From: Terriglobia bacterium
GTDB lineage: Bacteria > Acidobacteriota > Polarisedimenticolia > Polarisedimenticolales > JAIQFR01
Length of the DNA: 64,000 nucleotides
Direction of reading: 5' to 3'
NCBI GenBank assembly: GCA_963748015.1
Contig: CAVVHE010000008.1
Span: 704,001 to 768,000, forward strand
Shown here: positions 38,591 through 51,017 of the stretch, one piece after another
Layout: every line of letters begins with the position of its first letter
Position numbering within the stretch: the stretch's first letter is position 1
Notes under the pieces: model-generated
Seen by the model: the letters and a program-made list of their open reading frames with translations, nothing else
Databases searched by the model: none
Told to the model about the DNA's origin: nothing
Made by a program: the position numbers and the translations under genes

Positions 38591-41500
38591 TTAGTCGACC
38601 GGGAGAGGCAACGACCGTGCCTCCCGGATCGACGGGAGCGCATGGGGGGGAACGGGCCGGGATCCGGCGGCGACGATGGACTCGAGATCGCGCATCACCT
38701 TCCTCGCCGAGTCTGTGCTGCCCGAGCCGCCAATGAGACATCGCGGTAAAGGCGAGGTCCTCGATCGGCGTGTCCTCCCCGGCGGCGCGATACAGCTCGC
38801 GCGCACGGGCGAGATTCCCCAAGGCGTCACGATGCCTGCCCGCGCGGTACTGACACTTGCCGAGGTTGGCCACGTACTCCGGAAAGCCCGGCTGAACCCG
38901 GTTGACGATCTCGATCTTGCGGACGAGCACGGCGAGTTCCGCGCGGGAGAGCCCTCTGTTCCGGTAACCGTATACCGCGTCGCTGTTCAGCCAGCCGATG
39001 TGATCCCCGCGCGCCTCGACCAGCTCGAGGCCCGCGCTTTGGATGTCCCGCGGCAGCGTCTTCAGGGCGCGCAGCCTGCGCGCAACGTCCTCGGCGAAGG
39101 TGCTAGCTCCGCGTACAGACCGTTCACGACCTCGCGGGCCTCGCGCGCCGTCGCCCTCGCCCCGAAACCCTCGGGAGGCGGTCCCGTCTCCAGGAGGACC
39201 ATCGCCTTCTCGTTGCTCGCGAGAAGCGCGCGGCCCTACCCTCGCGAACGTCAGCCGGTGAACGTCCCCGAGGCCGGATTCGAGCACGACGTCCCGGAGA
39301 TGCCCTCGCGCATCGCTGAAACGAAGTTTCCCGTCGCTCCCAGCCATGACCACGCGCAGCCCGTCCGGGGAGAACGTCACGGCGTGGAGCGCGAGGTTGG
39401 GCTGGGCCTGGCCCGCGATGCGCTCGCCGCGAGCGACGTTCCACAGGACCATCTCGCCGCGAGACGTCACGGCCGCCACCCTCTCTCCCGCGGCGTCGAA
39501 GGCGACGGCCTCGACCGCGCCGTTCTCGACTCTGAACGCGCCCAGGCTCCGACCGCTTCCGACATCCCAGACCCGGACGCCGGCGCCCGGCGCGCGCAAC
39601 GCCCCCGTGGCGTCTCCCGACGCGACGTCGAAGCCGACCGCGACCCGCGTTCCCCCGGCGCCGACGGCGACGCAGCGGAATCTATGACCTGGCTCGCCGA
39701 TCTCGCGCACCGTCTTGCCGCTCGACGTTTCGATCGAGCGCAGCGTCGCCTTCTCGCGTTCGCGATCAGGAGCGTTGCGCCGTCCGGGCTCCAGACGAGC
39801 CCGACGACGTCGCCGCTCGGCGTCTCGATGTGCCCCTCGACGTCGCCGGTCGCCGTATCCAGGGAGGTCAGACGACGCCTCCGTCGTGGGGCCCGGCCGC
39901 CCACCCGTCTCGGGAACTCGGCGAGCTGGCCTTTCTGCCCGGCGACGGCGAGTCGGCCTCCGTCGGGACTGAAGGCCAGCGCGCTGGTCCACGGTTCCAG
40001 CGTGTACGCGTTCCACCTCTCGCTTCCCGCCACGAGATCGTGCAGCGTGACGAACCGCCAGCCCGCGGTGGCGACAAAACGGCCGTCGGACGAGACCGCG
40101 ACGACCGAGGTCTCGCGCCGCGGTGGCGTCGGAATCGTCAGGGGCCGCGCGTCGGTCGCCGGGTCCCAGACCCGCCTTGCGTGATCGGCGTCCGTCGTGA
40201 TCAACGACTTGCCGTCCGGCGACCAGCTCACGCCGACCGGTCGAGTCCGGAGTACGGACGTGATGGTGCGGTCGCCGATCCGCCGGACCTTCACTCCCTC
40301 GTCGCTGAGAAACGCCGACCCGCTTCCCGTCCGGGCTGGCCGCCGCCGCGTACGAGCTGCTCTCCGGATTCAGGGACAGCGCATCGACACCAATGTCCTG
40401 GATCAGGGGGTCGCCCTCGTCCAACGACGCCGCCGGGTTCTCCAGGCGCCGCTCGACGCGCCCGCTCTCGAGGCTCACGACGCACACGGACCCGGGTCTG
40501 CCATCGTAGTAGATGATCTGCGGCGTCCGCTCCGACCGAGGAGGTCAAGAGGGCCGTAGCATCGGGGACCTCGAGGGTGCGGCGGAGCTTTCCGGTGCGC
40601 GCTTCGAGAAGCAGGATCGCGTGCTGATTCCAGGGACCGACGGCCGCGAGGGCGCCGTCCGGGCTGAAGACCCCGCCCAGCGAGAACACCCCGTGCCGGT
40701 GCCACCGCTCCTTCCCGGTGCTCGGGTCGCGCATGAGGATCACGCGACCGCCGCCATCGTCCGAGGTGCCGGGGGCGTGAGCGCCCGCGTCGACGAGCTC
40801 CAGCGTTCCGTCCGGCAGCGTGCGCCTCAGATGGCTCCATGCGTAGCCGTCCGGCGGAGGAGGCGCCGGGGGTAGGGGCTCTTCCTCGCGGTGCATCCCC
40901 GCCCGCCATCTCAGGTGCCTCCAGGCCCACGAGCGGAGGTGCTGGGGGAGGGAGTCCAGCGCCCGCGCCGCGGACGCCGGATCGAGCGCCGCGAGCGAGG
41001 CGGCGGCCGCCACCAGACGCGCCTCGTGGGCAGCCCGCTCGGCCTCCGCGGTTGCCGCCTCGGCGACGAGACGGTACCGCGCCTCACGGCGGGCGTACCC
41101 TGCGGATACCACGAGGCCCAGCGCCAGCGCGATCATCGTGGCCGCCGCGCCGCCCACCAGAACCTTGTTCCTCCGCGCGAACTTCCGAAGCTGGTAGAAC
41201 GACCCTGTGCGCCGCGCGCGAATCGGCTCGTGGCGGAGGTGGCGGCGGATGTCCTCGGCCATCTCCTCCGCCGAGGCGTAGCGCCGGTCGCTCTCCTTAG
41301 CGCAGCGCCTTGCCCACGATCGCGTCGATGTCCCCCCGGAGCGTCGCGTCGAGGGAGCCGGGGCGCGATGGCTCGTCCTCCCGGATCGCGCGGATCGCTT
41401 CCGGCAGCGAACGGTCGTGGGTGTCGATCGGAGGCCGTCCGCACAGCAGCTCGTAGAGAATCACGCCGAGCGAGTAGACGTCCGATCGGGCGTCGATCGC

Positions 41501-42307
41501 CTCGTGCTTGCCGCCGACCTGCTCGGGGCTCATGTACTGGACCGTCCCCACGAACTGCGCGGACGCGGTGGCGATCGTCAGCGGCTGCCAATCGGCCCCG
41601 GTGACGCGCGCGATGCCGAAGTCGAGCACCTTGGGCTGACCGTCCTCGGTGACCAGGATGTTCGACGGCTTCAGGTCGCGATGGACGATGCCGTGCAGGT
41701 GGGCGTGCTGAACCGCGTCGCAGATGCGGGCCACGAGGTCGAGACGCTGCTTCTTGTCGAGCGAGTGTCTCCGGGCGTACTCGGCCAGCGAAAGCCCTTC
41801 GACGAATTCCATGGCGAGAAAGGGCAGCTGAACGGGTGCCCGCCCTGGAAAATCCACTGGCGCCCGCCCCGCCTCGTAGATCGTGGCGACGCCCGGGTGG
41901 TGAAGCCGGCCCAGGATCTCGGCCTCCCGTTCGAATCGCCGCAGCCATGGTCGCGAGACGAACGCGGGATGGATGACCTTGAGCGCGACGCGGCGGTGCG
42001 GGCTCTCCTGGCGCGACTCGTAGACGATCCCCATGCCGCCGCGGCCGACGACCCGGACGATCTCGTACCGGCCGATCCGCTCCGGATGAGGTTCGTCCTC
42101 GTCGAGCAGGGCTTGCGCCCGATCCCTGGCGGCGGGTTCCATGAAATCGCCCATGCTGTCGAGCGCGTCGAGCAGGCGGCGCAGGGACTCCCGGAGCTCA
42201 CGATCCTCCCCGCAGCGTTCCTCGAGGAACCGCTCCCGCGCCGCGAGCGGCAGCTCGGCGGCCTCGTCGAACAACTCCTCCGCACGCCGCAGAAGGTCGT
42301 TCGTCAT
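38591..42307 (-). pseudogene. Ser/Thr kinase with TM, WD40 repeats and C-terminal TPR; multiple frameshifts
   Basis: GRGGMGIVY, VALK, HRDLKPSN, DFGIAR, YMSPEQ; later FSPDG repeats spread over different frames. Confidence 0.8.
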
Positions 42308-42333
42308 CGAGGGTCACCCCTCACCTGCGCCGG

Positions 42334-42880
42334 TCACTCGTGAAGCTGGTCGTACAGCCAGGCCGTGCGAAACGCCACTCGCGCTCGACGGTGCTGATCG
42401 AAACGGCCAGAATCTTGGCCGTCTCCTCGGCCGTGAGTCCGGCGAAGAACCGCAGGTTGACGATCTCGCCCTTGCGAGGATCCTCCGTCTCGAGACGGCC
42501 GAGCGCTTCGTGGACCGCGAGGATGTCGTCGGCGGGGAGCTGGATCGGCAGGACGATCTCGCCGTCGACGCGGCGCCAGCCTCCGCCCGCTTCGCTCGAC
42601 CCTTTCGCCGCGCCTGATCGACGAGGACTTCGCGCATCGCCCGAGCGGCGGCGCCGAAGAAGTGGGCGCGGCCGTTCCAGCGAGGATCGTTCGCGCCGAC
42701 CAGCTTGGCGTAGGCCTCGTGGACCAGCTCCGTCGTCTGGAGCGTCGCCCCGCGCGGCCGACCGGCCATCATCGAGCGGGCGAGACGCCGGAGCTCGTCG
42801 TAGAGGTAGGGCGCAAGCTCCGCGGAGGCCTCGCCCCGCGAAACCCGGTCGAGCGCGTCGAGGAACGCCCCCTCGCGCAT
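42334..42880 (-). pseudogene. ECF sigma factor, TIGR02999-like kinase-associated type; two apparent frameshifts
   Basis: LYDELRRLA, TLQTTELVHEAY, FFGAAARAMR..LVDQAR; IVNLRFFAGLT..STVEREWRFAR(A)WL. Confidence 0.85.
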
Positions 42881-43174
42881 CCCCAAGATCCGCCCCCCCC
42901 GTCTCGGGCGAGCATCCACACCGCGCGAAGCCGCGACCCCAAGCCGTTTTGGAAATGGGACCCGCGCCCTCGGCGCAGGGGGAACGCCCCCCTGGACTTC
43001 GGTAAGTATACGGCCAACCACCCTCGTAAAGGGCTTCTCCCCGAAAAGACGAACTGTGTACGAGGGAGTGGTATGGCGACGCAAGGTCGCTCCATCCGGT
43101 CGGCGGGCGCGGGGACGTCGTGCCGCGGCGGCCGAAAGCCCCGTGATTTCCGCCGGGAAGTCGAGGAGAAAGCC

Positions 43175-46100
43175 ATGTCCAACATCTCGAGCTGGTTCCC
43201 TGTCCTCCGCAGGGCGTTCGGGGCGGCGACCCGGGCGCGGGCCGGGTGGCTGAGCCTCCTGTGCGCGGGGGTGCTGCTCTCCGCACCTGCGGCCGACAGA
43301 AACGCTCCCCCGGGCATCACGCATGCCGCCGGCGCGGTGTCGTCGGTGGCGTCGTCCGACAGGACGCTGAGCTTCGAGCGGCGCCTCGAATACCACCGTC
43401 GCCTCGAGGAGGTCTACTGGAAGCACCGCATCTGGCCTGCGGCGAATCCGGGCCAGAAGCCTCCACTCGCCGGTGTGCTGCCCGCTGAAGCGATACGAGA
43501 ACGCGTCGCGACGTACCTCAAGAAGAGTGCTGCGCTCGGGACCGTCTGGTCGCGGCCGCTCACGGGCGAGCAGCTCCAGGCCGAGGTCAACCGCATGGCT
43601 CGCGAGACGAAGAAACCCGAGATGCTCAAGGAGCTGTTCACGGCCCTCGATGATGACCCGCTCATCATCGCCGAATGCCTGGCGCGCCCGGTGCTGGCCG
43701 ACCGGCTGGCGCGAAACTGGTATGCACGCGATACGCGCTTCCACGGCGCGCTGAAGCAGCAGGCCGAGACGGCGCTCGCGGCCCACCAGGATGTCCTCTC
43801 CATGGGACAACTCGGGGGGATTCGCACCGAGACGGAGTGGCACCTCGCGGCGAAGAGAGTGGAAGCGCCGGAGGAGCGACAAACCGCTGAGGGCGACGCG
43901 GAGCGCGGGGCCCGCGCCGTCGTCGACCTGACTCCCGCGCAATGGCAAGACGAGGCGCGGCGCCTCGCGGCGACCTTCGGGGTCATCGTCGAGCCGGAGC
44001 GAGCCGGCGACAGAGCCGCGCTTCTCGACGGGCTCCCCGTGGGCGCCCTCTCGCCGCTCACGGAAGAGACCAACCGGTTCGCCGTCACGGCGGTGCTGTC
44101 GAAGGAGGCGGATCGGCTGCTCACCGCGACGGTCAGTTGGACCAAGCGTCCGTTCGACGCGTGGTGGGCCGAGGAAGCGCGGAATTGGAGCGACGTTACC
44201 GACGGCAAGAACTGCGCTCCTGTTCCGCCGCCGCTCGCGGGATACGCGCCGGCGCCGGCCCCGGCCGACGGTTGCGCCGATGACACGTGGACGAGGACCG
44301 CCGGTAGAGCTCCCGAGGGGTATTACAGCGCCGCTGTGTGGACCGGCGCGGAGATGATCGTCTGGGGCGGGTCCTATGAAGCGTGGTCGGCGATCACGAA
44401 CACCGGCGGGCGCTACGACCCGGCGACGGACACTTGGAACACGACCTCGACTGGCGCCAACGTGCCTTCCGCGAGGAAGCGCCACACACTGGTGTGGACC
44501 GGCACGACGATGATCGTCTGGGGCGGCCAGAACGATGTCACGAGTGTGAACACCGGCGGGCGTTACGACCCCACGACCGACACGTGGAATCCAACCTCGA
44601 CCGGCGCCAACGTGCCGGTGAACAGGGGCGGCCATACGGCGGTGTGGACCGGCACGGAGATGATCGTCTGGGGCGGCTACGGGGGCCAGTACGGGAACAC
44701 CTTGAACACTGGCGGGCGCTACAACCCTTCGACGGACGCGTGGACCGCGACCTCGACCGGGGCTGGCGTGCCGCAATCGAGGAGCGGTCACACGGCGGTG
44801 TGGACCGGCGCGGAGATGATCGTCTGGGGCGGACTGAACGGGGTAAATCAACCCGTGAACACCGGAGGGCGCTACAAACCCTCGACAAACGCGTGGACGT
44901 CGACATCGATCGAGGCAAACGTGCCGTCCGCAAGGCAGGAGCACACGGCGGTGTGGACCGGCGCAGAGATGATTGTCTGGGGCGGGCTGGCCGGCAGCTA
45001 CCTGAACAGCGGTGGGCGGTACGACCCCGTCGCCAACAGCTGGTGGCCGACCATGTTGGCAAGAGACACACCGTCCGTACGATCGCTTCACACGGCGGTC
45101 TGGTCTGGCGCAGAGATGATCATTTGGGGCGGGGAGGATGGACTCGGTGCCCTGAACACCGGTGGGCGCTACGGCCCCTCGACGGACACATGGGCGCCGA
45201 CGTCGACCGGAGCCAACGTGCCGCCTGCAGCGTCGTTGCACACGGCGGTGTGGGCCGGCACGGAAATGATTGTCTGGAAGTGGGTGGGAGCCGGTGGGCG
45301 ATACTCACCGGCCAACGACACGTGGACGCCGATGTCAACCGGGACAGACGTGCCGCAGGGGAGAACCAAGCACACCTCCGTGTGGACCGGCGCGGAGATG
45401 ATCGTCTGGGGCGGATCCAACGGCAGCGGCTACGAAAACTCCGGCGGACGGTACGACCCTGCGACGAGTACCTGGACGTCGACCTCATCGGGGGCCAACT
45501 TGCCGTCGGCCAGGGATCGGCACACGGCAGTCTGGACCGGTGCGGAGATGATCGTCTGGGGCGGCGACGACGAGGGGTGGGAAACCAACACTGGTGGCCG
45601 CTACGCTCCAGCGACGGACACGTGGACCGCGACCTCGACCGAGCCTGGCGTGCCGCAAGAGGGACGGTCACACGGCGGTGTGGACCGGCGCGGAGATGAT
45701 CGTCTGGGGTGGGAGCGGTCCGGACGCCCCGCTCGACACCGGCGGGCGATATAACCCGGCGAACGACCGCTGGACCCCGACCTCAACTGGGGTCAACGTG
45801 CCGTCGGCAAGGAGTCTCCACACGGCGGTTTGGACCGGCAGGGAGATGATCGTCTGGGGCGGCAATGGCGGCTCGTTCCCGTATTTGAACACCGGCGGGC
45901 GTTACGATCCGGCGACCGACAGCTGGATGCCGGTCCCGGTCGGGGCCGACGCCCCCCACGAGAGGATCGGGCACACGGCCGTGTGGACAGGTACGGCGAT
46001 GATCGTCTGGGGTGGAGACTACTACGACGGCTTCGCCAATCACTGGTTGAATACGGGCGGGCGCTACGAGCCTGCGACCGATGGCTGGACGCCGACCTCG

Positions 46101-47507
46101 ACCGGGGCTGGCGTGCCGCAATCGAGGGACGGTCACACGGCGGTATGGACCGGCGCGGACATGATCGTCTGGGGCGGGTATAGCGGTTCGTACGACTTGC
46201 TCGGCACCGGGGGCCGCTACGATCCTGGGACGAACGGCTGGACGCCGACCTCGACCGGCACCGAGGTACCGTCGGCGCGGGACGGCCACACGGCGGTATG
46301 GACAGGCGGCGAGATGATCGTCTGGGGAGGAAACAGCCTCGGCTCCTCCGGCTCGAACAGCGGTGGGCTTTACTGCGCCCTTCCCGCTTGCACGATTGGC
46401 ACGTGGTATCCCGACGCGGACGGCGACGGTTACGGCGTCACCTCCACGGGCGTTCCCGCCTGCGCGCTGCCACCGGGCTACGTCACCGTCGGGGGGGACT
46501 GCGACGACCGCTACGCCAGCTGCACGACGGACTGCACGGACGCCGACGGCGATGGACTGCCTGTCTGCGCAGGCGACTGCGACGACACGAACCCGCGTTG
46601 CACGACGGACTGCACGGACTCCGACGCAGACGGTTCTTGCAATCCGAACGACAACTGCCCTTCGATCCCCAATGCGCTCCAGCGCGACACCGACACCGAC
46701 GGCGTCGGCGATGCGTGCGACTGCGCGCCGGAAAACGCGGGCGCGACCGCCGTGCTCGACCCGGCGCGGGACCTGCGGTTCGTTTCGACGACCAGTCTCG
46801 CCTGGGATCCGCCTGCCGCCGGCAGCGGGCTGACCTACGATCTCTTGCTCAGCCGCAGAGCCGAGAACTGGCAAAGCGTTACCTGCCTTGTGACGCGGAG
46901 CACGGACACGACGGCCTCGGACACCGCGACGCCGGTGCCTGGCGAGGGCTTCTTCTACCTCGTCCGGGTCGAGAGCGCGTGCGGAGAGAACCTGGGGACG
47001 GACTCGACGGAGCAGCGGCGCCAGGCCTCGTACGCGAAGCAGGTCTTCGTCACGAGCACGGTCTACAGCGGCGATCTGGGGGGTCTCGCCGGCGCGGACG
47101 AAAAGTGCCAGCAAAGGGCCGTCGCGGCGGGACTCCCGGGGACGTTCCGCGCGTGGCTGAGCGACGGCACGACCTCCGCGTCGGCCCGGCTCACCCACTC
47201 CACACTGCCCTACGTGCGCGTCGACGGCGTGCAGGTCGCCGACAATTGGGCGGATCTCACCGACGGGGGGCTCGGCGCCGCAATCGTCGTCGACGAGCTC
47301 GGGGTGGACATTCAGATGAACGACAGCGAAGTCTGGACGGCCACGTCCAGCAACGGCAACTACTTCGGGTTCAGCTGCGCGAACTGGGCCACGGGGAGCA
47401 GCGGATATGGCCACGTCGGCCTCGCCCACGTGGTCGATGCAACGTGGTCAGAGACCTACTACATGTGGTGCTACGAGACGAATCGGCTCTACTGCCTCGA
47501 GCAGTGA
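43175..47507 (+). CDS. Large secreted Kelch-repeat protein with Ca-binding DxDxDG repeats and a DUF1554-like C-terminal domain (one frameshift near 45660)
   Basis: 14 WTGxxMIVWGG-type repeats; DADGDG/DNCP motifs; FVTS..GDLGGLAGADEKCQ..RAWLS. Confidence 0.8.
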
Positions 47508-47954
47508 GCGCAAGAGGAAACCCCGGGGGCCCGACGGGACGGCGTCGGACCCCCGGAAGCGACTCGTCCTGAGATCGCCGGCCGGAGATCCGCCAAGCAG
47601 CGGAACTTCTGGCCGGCGTCTCACAGACCGATTCTCCGCAGCCGCTCGATGACGCGAGCGAACCAGCGTTGGTCGGAGGCGGGGTACGGTCGATCATGAC
47701 ATCGCCGTGTCCCCGCCCGCCGGCCATGCTGCGCTCCCGCCTGCCGTCGAATCGACGTCGAAGGGCTCGCCGTCCCGGGAATCGGTCGGGCGGTAGCGTC
47801 GCGGCCGAGGAGCCGCGCCCCGCTCCGCCCCGGCCGGCGTTTCCGAACATGCGGTGGGAGGAAAGAAGGTCCCGCGGTCGAGGTCCGGCCGGCCAAGATC
47901 GCCGACGTCGGGGACCGTCCCGTCAGCGACACGGGCCGGGGACAGGGTGCACCG

Positions 47955-48805
47955 CTATTGCGGAGACAGACAGAAGTAAACGGTCAGTTTACAGTAGTCA
48001 CTTTTCGCGTTCGTGGCTGCCCAGACGCACTGGTCGCAACCGGGGTGCAGAAACTGATCGATCGCCTGCGCGTTGGTTTGGTCGGAGGTTCCGATCTCCC
48101 GTTGACACGCATCACGGTAGAAGCTCAAGTATCCAGGCCGGAAGCCTTTCACCCTGAAGGTGAACTCGGACAGGTCGTCGTCGGAGAGGGGATCCGACTC
48201 GTACGCGTCCTCGCTGTACACCCGGATCGTCTCGTCAGGCGCGAGAGTGTAGAGCCGGCTGACGGCGCTCACCGTCTTGTCGTCCATGCCCGAACTTGTA
48301 CTCACCACAGGTCGTAGAGCGACTCGTCCGCGCTCGTTGATTCGATCCGGTACTTGGCACGAAACTCACCTCCGCTCAGCGTGTCGCAGGTCGTGGAGAG
48401 CGAATGCGCCCAGAAGAGCGTCACCCTTATCGTCTTTGTGCTCACCGTGGGCACCATGCTCGCGTTGTGGGTCGTGATCGGAGCGTCGACATGGATGGCC
48501 GCGGTGTAAGTCTCGTGCCCGTCCGCGGTGACGGTGAGGGTCTGCGAGCCCTCCGGGACGTCCAGGATCGCGAAAGAACCTTGCGCGTCCGTCGTGTCCT
48601 GCTTCCCCGCGCATGTCACGGTGGCCCCGGAAATCGCCACGGCGGCTGCGGCCCCCGAGGTCACCACCCCTTGGACCGTGGCCGTCTTGTTGTTGACGAC
48701 GCCATCGCCACCCCCGCCGCAACTGCAGAGCATCGCGCCGACCACGAGGACCATTCCGATCCGGAGCATGGCTCCCGACAGGTACGAACGTGGTTCGCTT
48801 CGCAT
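47955..48805 (-). CDS. Lipoprotein with carboxypeptidase-regulatory-like domain (frameshift near 48305)
   Basis: LCSC lipobox; ISGATV..TTDAQGSF..VPEG..LTVTADG; continues in ORF 47955..48308. Confidence 0.6.
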
Positions 48806-48897
48806 GATCCGATCTCCCTCGTTCCGCCCATTGGCTGCGGATCACCGAGGGGATTGGTCCTGGAGTCCTTCGTCGCAGCCAGCGATCCCGCAGCCCG

Positions 48898-49647
48898 TCA
48901 GTTGACCGTCAGTACGCCTCCGAACGCGTTGGGCCAGTAATCCGTGATATTGAAAGAGACATTCGGCTCGCCGGTCTCCGGTATCCTGAAATCGAAATCG
49001 GCCGTATGCAACGGTGAAGCGAAAAGCTGGGTCTGGGAGAAATCTCCGGCGTGGCTGTAGCTTTGCTTATGGAAGGTGATGGTGAACAGCGTGTCGTCTT
49101 GGTCCGAGAGGTCGACCAGGCAGGCGGCCAGAGGTGAGAGGCCGCTCGTGTCGCAACCGAACTCGTCATAAAAGTAAGAAACGTCCGTTTGTCCTGGAGA
49201 GACCGGTCGGCACCACAACCGCACGTTCATCAAACCGTCAGTGTAGACTCGCTCGAAAGCGAGACCGCCTTGGGGACATCGTGTCGTGAGAAACGCGCCG
49301 GGCACGACGTCCGCGCTGACGGCGTAGACGACATCGGGATCGAAGGTGATCGAGAAATCGCCGCCGACGACTACTTTCTTCACCGTACCGACGAGTGCTT
49401 GCTCTGAGACGAGCAGATGGACATCCGGCACGCGATGGATGTCTCGCACGCGAACCGGAATCGTGTAGGTGTCTCCGCTGCCAACTCCTGTCTCCATCGA
49501 CACGCGCTCCCCGCTCCCGCTCGCCGGCGAGAAGCTGAGCGCGGCGGGAGTGGTGGTGCTTCCTCCTCCTCCGCAACCGACGCAGAAACCGGCCAGCATG
49601 GCGAGGACCGCCCACGGCAGCATCCTTCTCGGCTCTTCGAAGACCAT
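48898..49647 (-). CDS. Hypothetical lipoprotein (possibly cohesin-like beta sandwich)
   Basis: CVGC lipobox, Gly linker, FSITFDPDVV, LFTITF; GAGGGG RBS. Confidence 0.6.
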   Translation of the reverse strand: MVFEEPRRMLPWAVLAMLAGFCVGCGGGGSTTTPAALSFSPASGSGERVSMETGVGSGDTYTIPVRVRDIHRVPDVHLLVSEQALVGTVKKVVVGGDFSITFDPDVVYAVSADVVPGAFLTTRCPQGGLAFERVYTDGLMNVRLWCRPVSPGQTDVSYFYDEFGCDTSGLSPLAACLVDLSDQDDTLFTITFHKQSYSHAGDFSQTQLFASPLHTADFDFRIPETGEPNVSFNITDYWPNAFGGVLTVN

Positions 49648-49754
49648 AGGAACCCCCTCTCGTTAGCGCGTGTTGTCTCGACTGGACGCCAATTCCCTCG
49701 CGAGGCCGTTCCCGACCCCGATCTGAATCTCCCTCCCGATGCCCACGCGGGTCC

Positions 49755-50012
49755 TCATCGACAACAAGGGACACCGTGGCAGACATCCGCGTCCTCGGAG
49801 CAAGTTTGCCCCGTGGCGCTGCAAGACTCATGGTCAACCCAGCGTATCGGTCCGTCGTCGAATACACACAACTGGACGATGTTGTTATGGCATCTCCAGG
49901 TGCCCGGACTGCAATCCGGCCCGGCGTCGGAAACGCCAAAGTCGCAACCCAAGAGCAGGAATGCAGTCAAGGTCGCGATCGCCACGCAGATCTCTCTGAC
50001 CCTCCGTCCCAT
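49755..50012 (-). CDS. Small Cys-rich lipoprotein
   Basis: AGGAG RBS; LLLGC lipobox; 8 further Cys in about 60 aa. Confidence 0.65.
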   Translation of the reverse strand: MGRRVREICVAIATLTAFLLLGCDFGVSDAGPDCSPGTWRCHNNIVQLCVFDDGPIRWVDHESCSATGQTCSEDADVCHGVPCCR

Positions 50013-50169
50013 GGTGTCTCCTTTGGAAGACTCGTCGTCGAGCTGCAACCTCCCTTGAACAGCAGTTCGCCGGAAATCGACAAAACCCGTCACGGCACCT
50101 GAAGAACCGTTCTTGGCACGGAACCGCCGCGGGACTGGTTATCAATCCTGTGCAACGCCAAAGTCTGGC

Positions 50170-50901
50170 GGGTCATCTAGATAGAGCGACGCGTCGGCTC
50201 TCTGCCCCTACACGTCGTTCCCCAGCGTGGCACGGGCATTGGTTGGGGAGAGGCCTGGCCGCGAAAGCGACGAGGGGGGCCTTCACCCGGCTCGACGAGG
50301 CCAGCAATCTCGTGGTTCGTATCGAGGCCGCCTGCACGCGGGAAAGCTGCCGAAGTAGATCTCGTCGGGGGTACTCCCGGCCAATCGCGAGTGCGCGCTA
50401 ACTCCTTTGTACCAGGCGACATGCAAGGCGATCTCGAGCTGGAAAGCGGACAATCGAAGCGGGACGATGGGCGATCGGCGGGTGCACTCCGTCTTCATCG
50501 TCCGGATGAACCGTTCGATCACCGCGAGACTGCCGTACTTTCCGATGGCTCCGAAGCGCTGGGCTCCCGGCGGTTTGGGCGAGCGACCAGCCTCGGGCCG
50601 CCCGCAGCTCGAGGATTGCGAGCCTCTCCGTCGACGGGTAGCGCGGTCGCCGATGGGCTGGGGTACGCTCCATTCGGGCATCCTTGATTCGCAGCTCTTC
50701 TCGGAGAAGGGCGATCTCCTTCCGGAACCGGGCGTTCTCTTCCCGGAGGCGGATCCTGGCGTTCCAATTATTGGCGGAGTGGCTTCGAGCGGCGGTAAGG
50801 GAGAACCGGGCCAGGGAGATAGCGTGGATAGCCCCGGACCGCACGCGTCGCGACCAGTCCTTCGGAAGGGGGATACAGATTCGATCGTCGATCGCCGGCA
50901 T
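50170..50901 (-). mobile_element. Internally deleted DDE (rve-type) transposase remnant
   Basis: N-terminal LLREELRIKDARM..RRPRY..ERLAILEL joined to FGAIGKYGSLAVIERFIRTMKTE..TPDEIY; ends approximate. Confidence 0.75.
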
Positions 50902-51017
50902 GCGGGCCTCCGAGAGGGGCGTGGAATCGATCCGTGCCAGCGCTGGATAAGTCGTTGCCATGCGGGACGTTAACGATGGGAGGGAGACCCCAAGAACCGA
51001 TGGCGCGCTACACCGGC

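Larger units (their letters stand above)
34398..51012. mobile_element. Decayed genomic island/accessory region
   Basis: Bounded by direct repeats; visibly less GC-rich; many gene remnants; IS fragment; no integrase seen. Confidence 0.7.

Noticed and set aside
44330..46330. Regular ~150-nt DNA repeats as a CRISPR array or DGR
   Set aside because: In-frame Kelch coding repeats; no cas genes, reverse transcriptase or adenine-specific TR/VR pair
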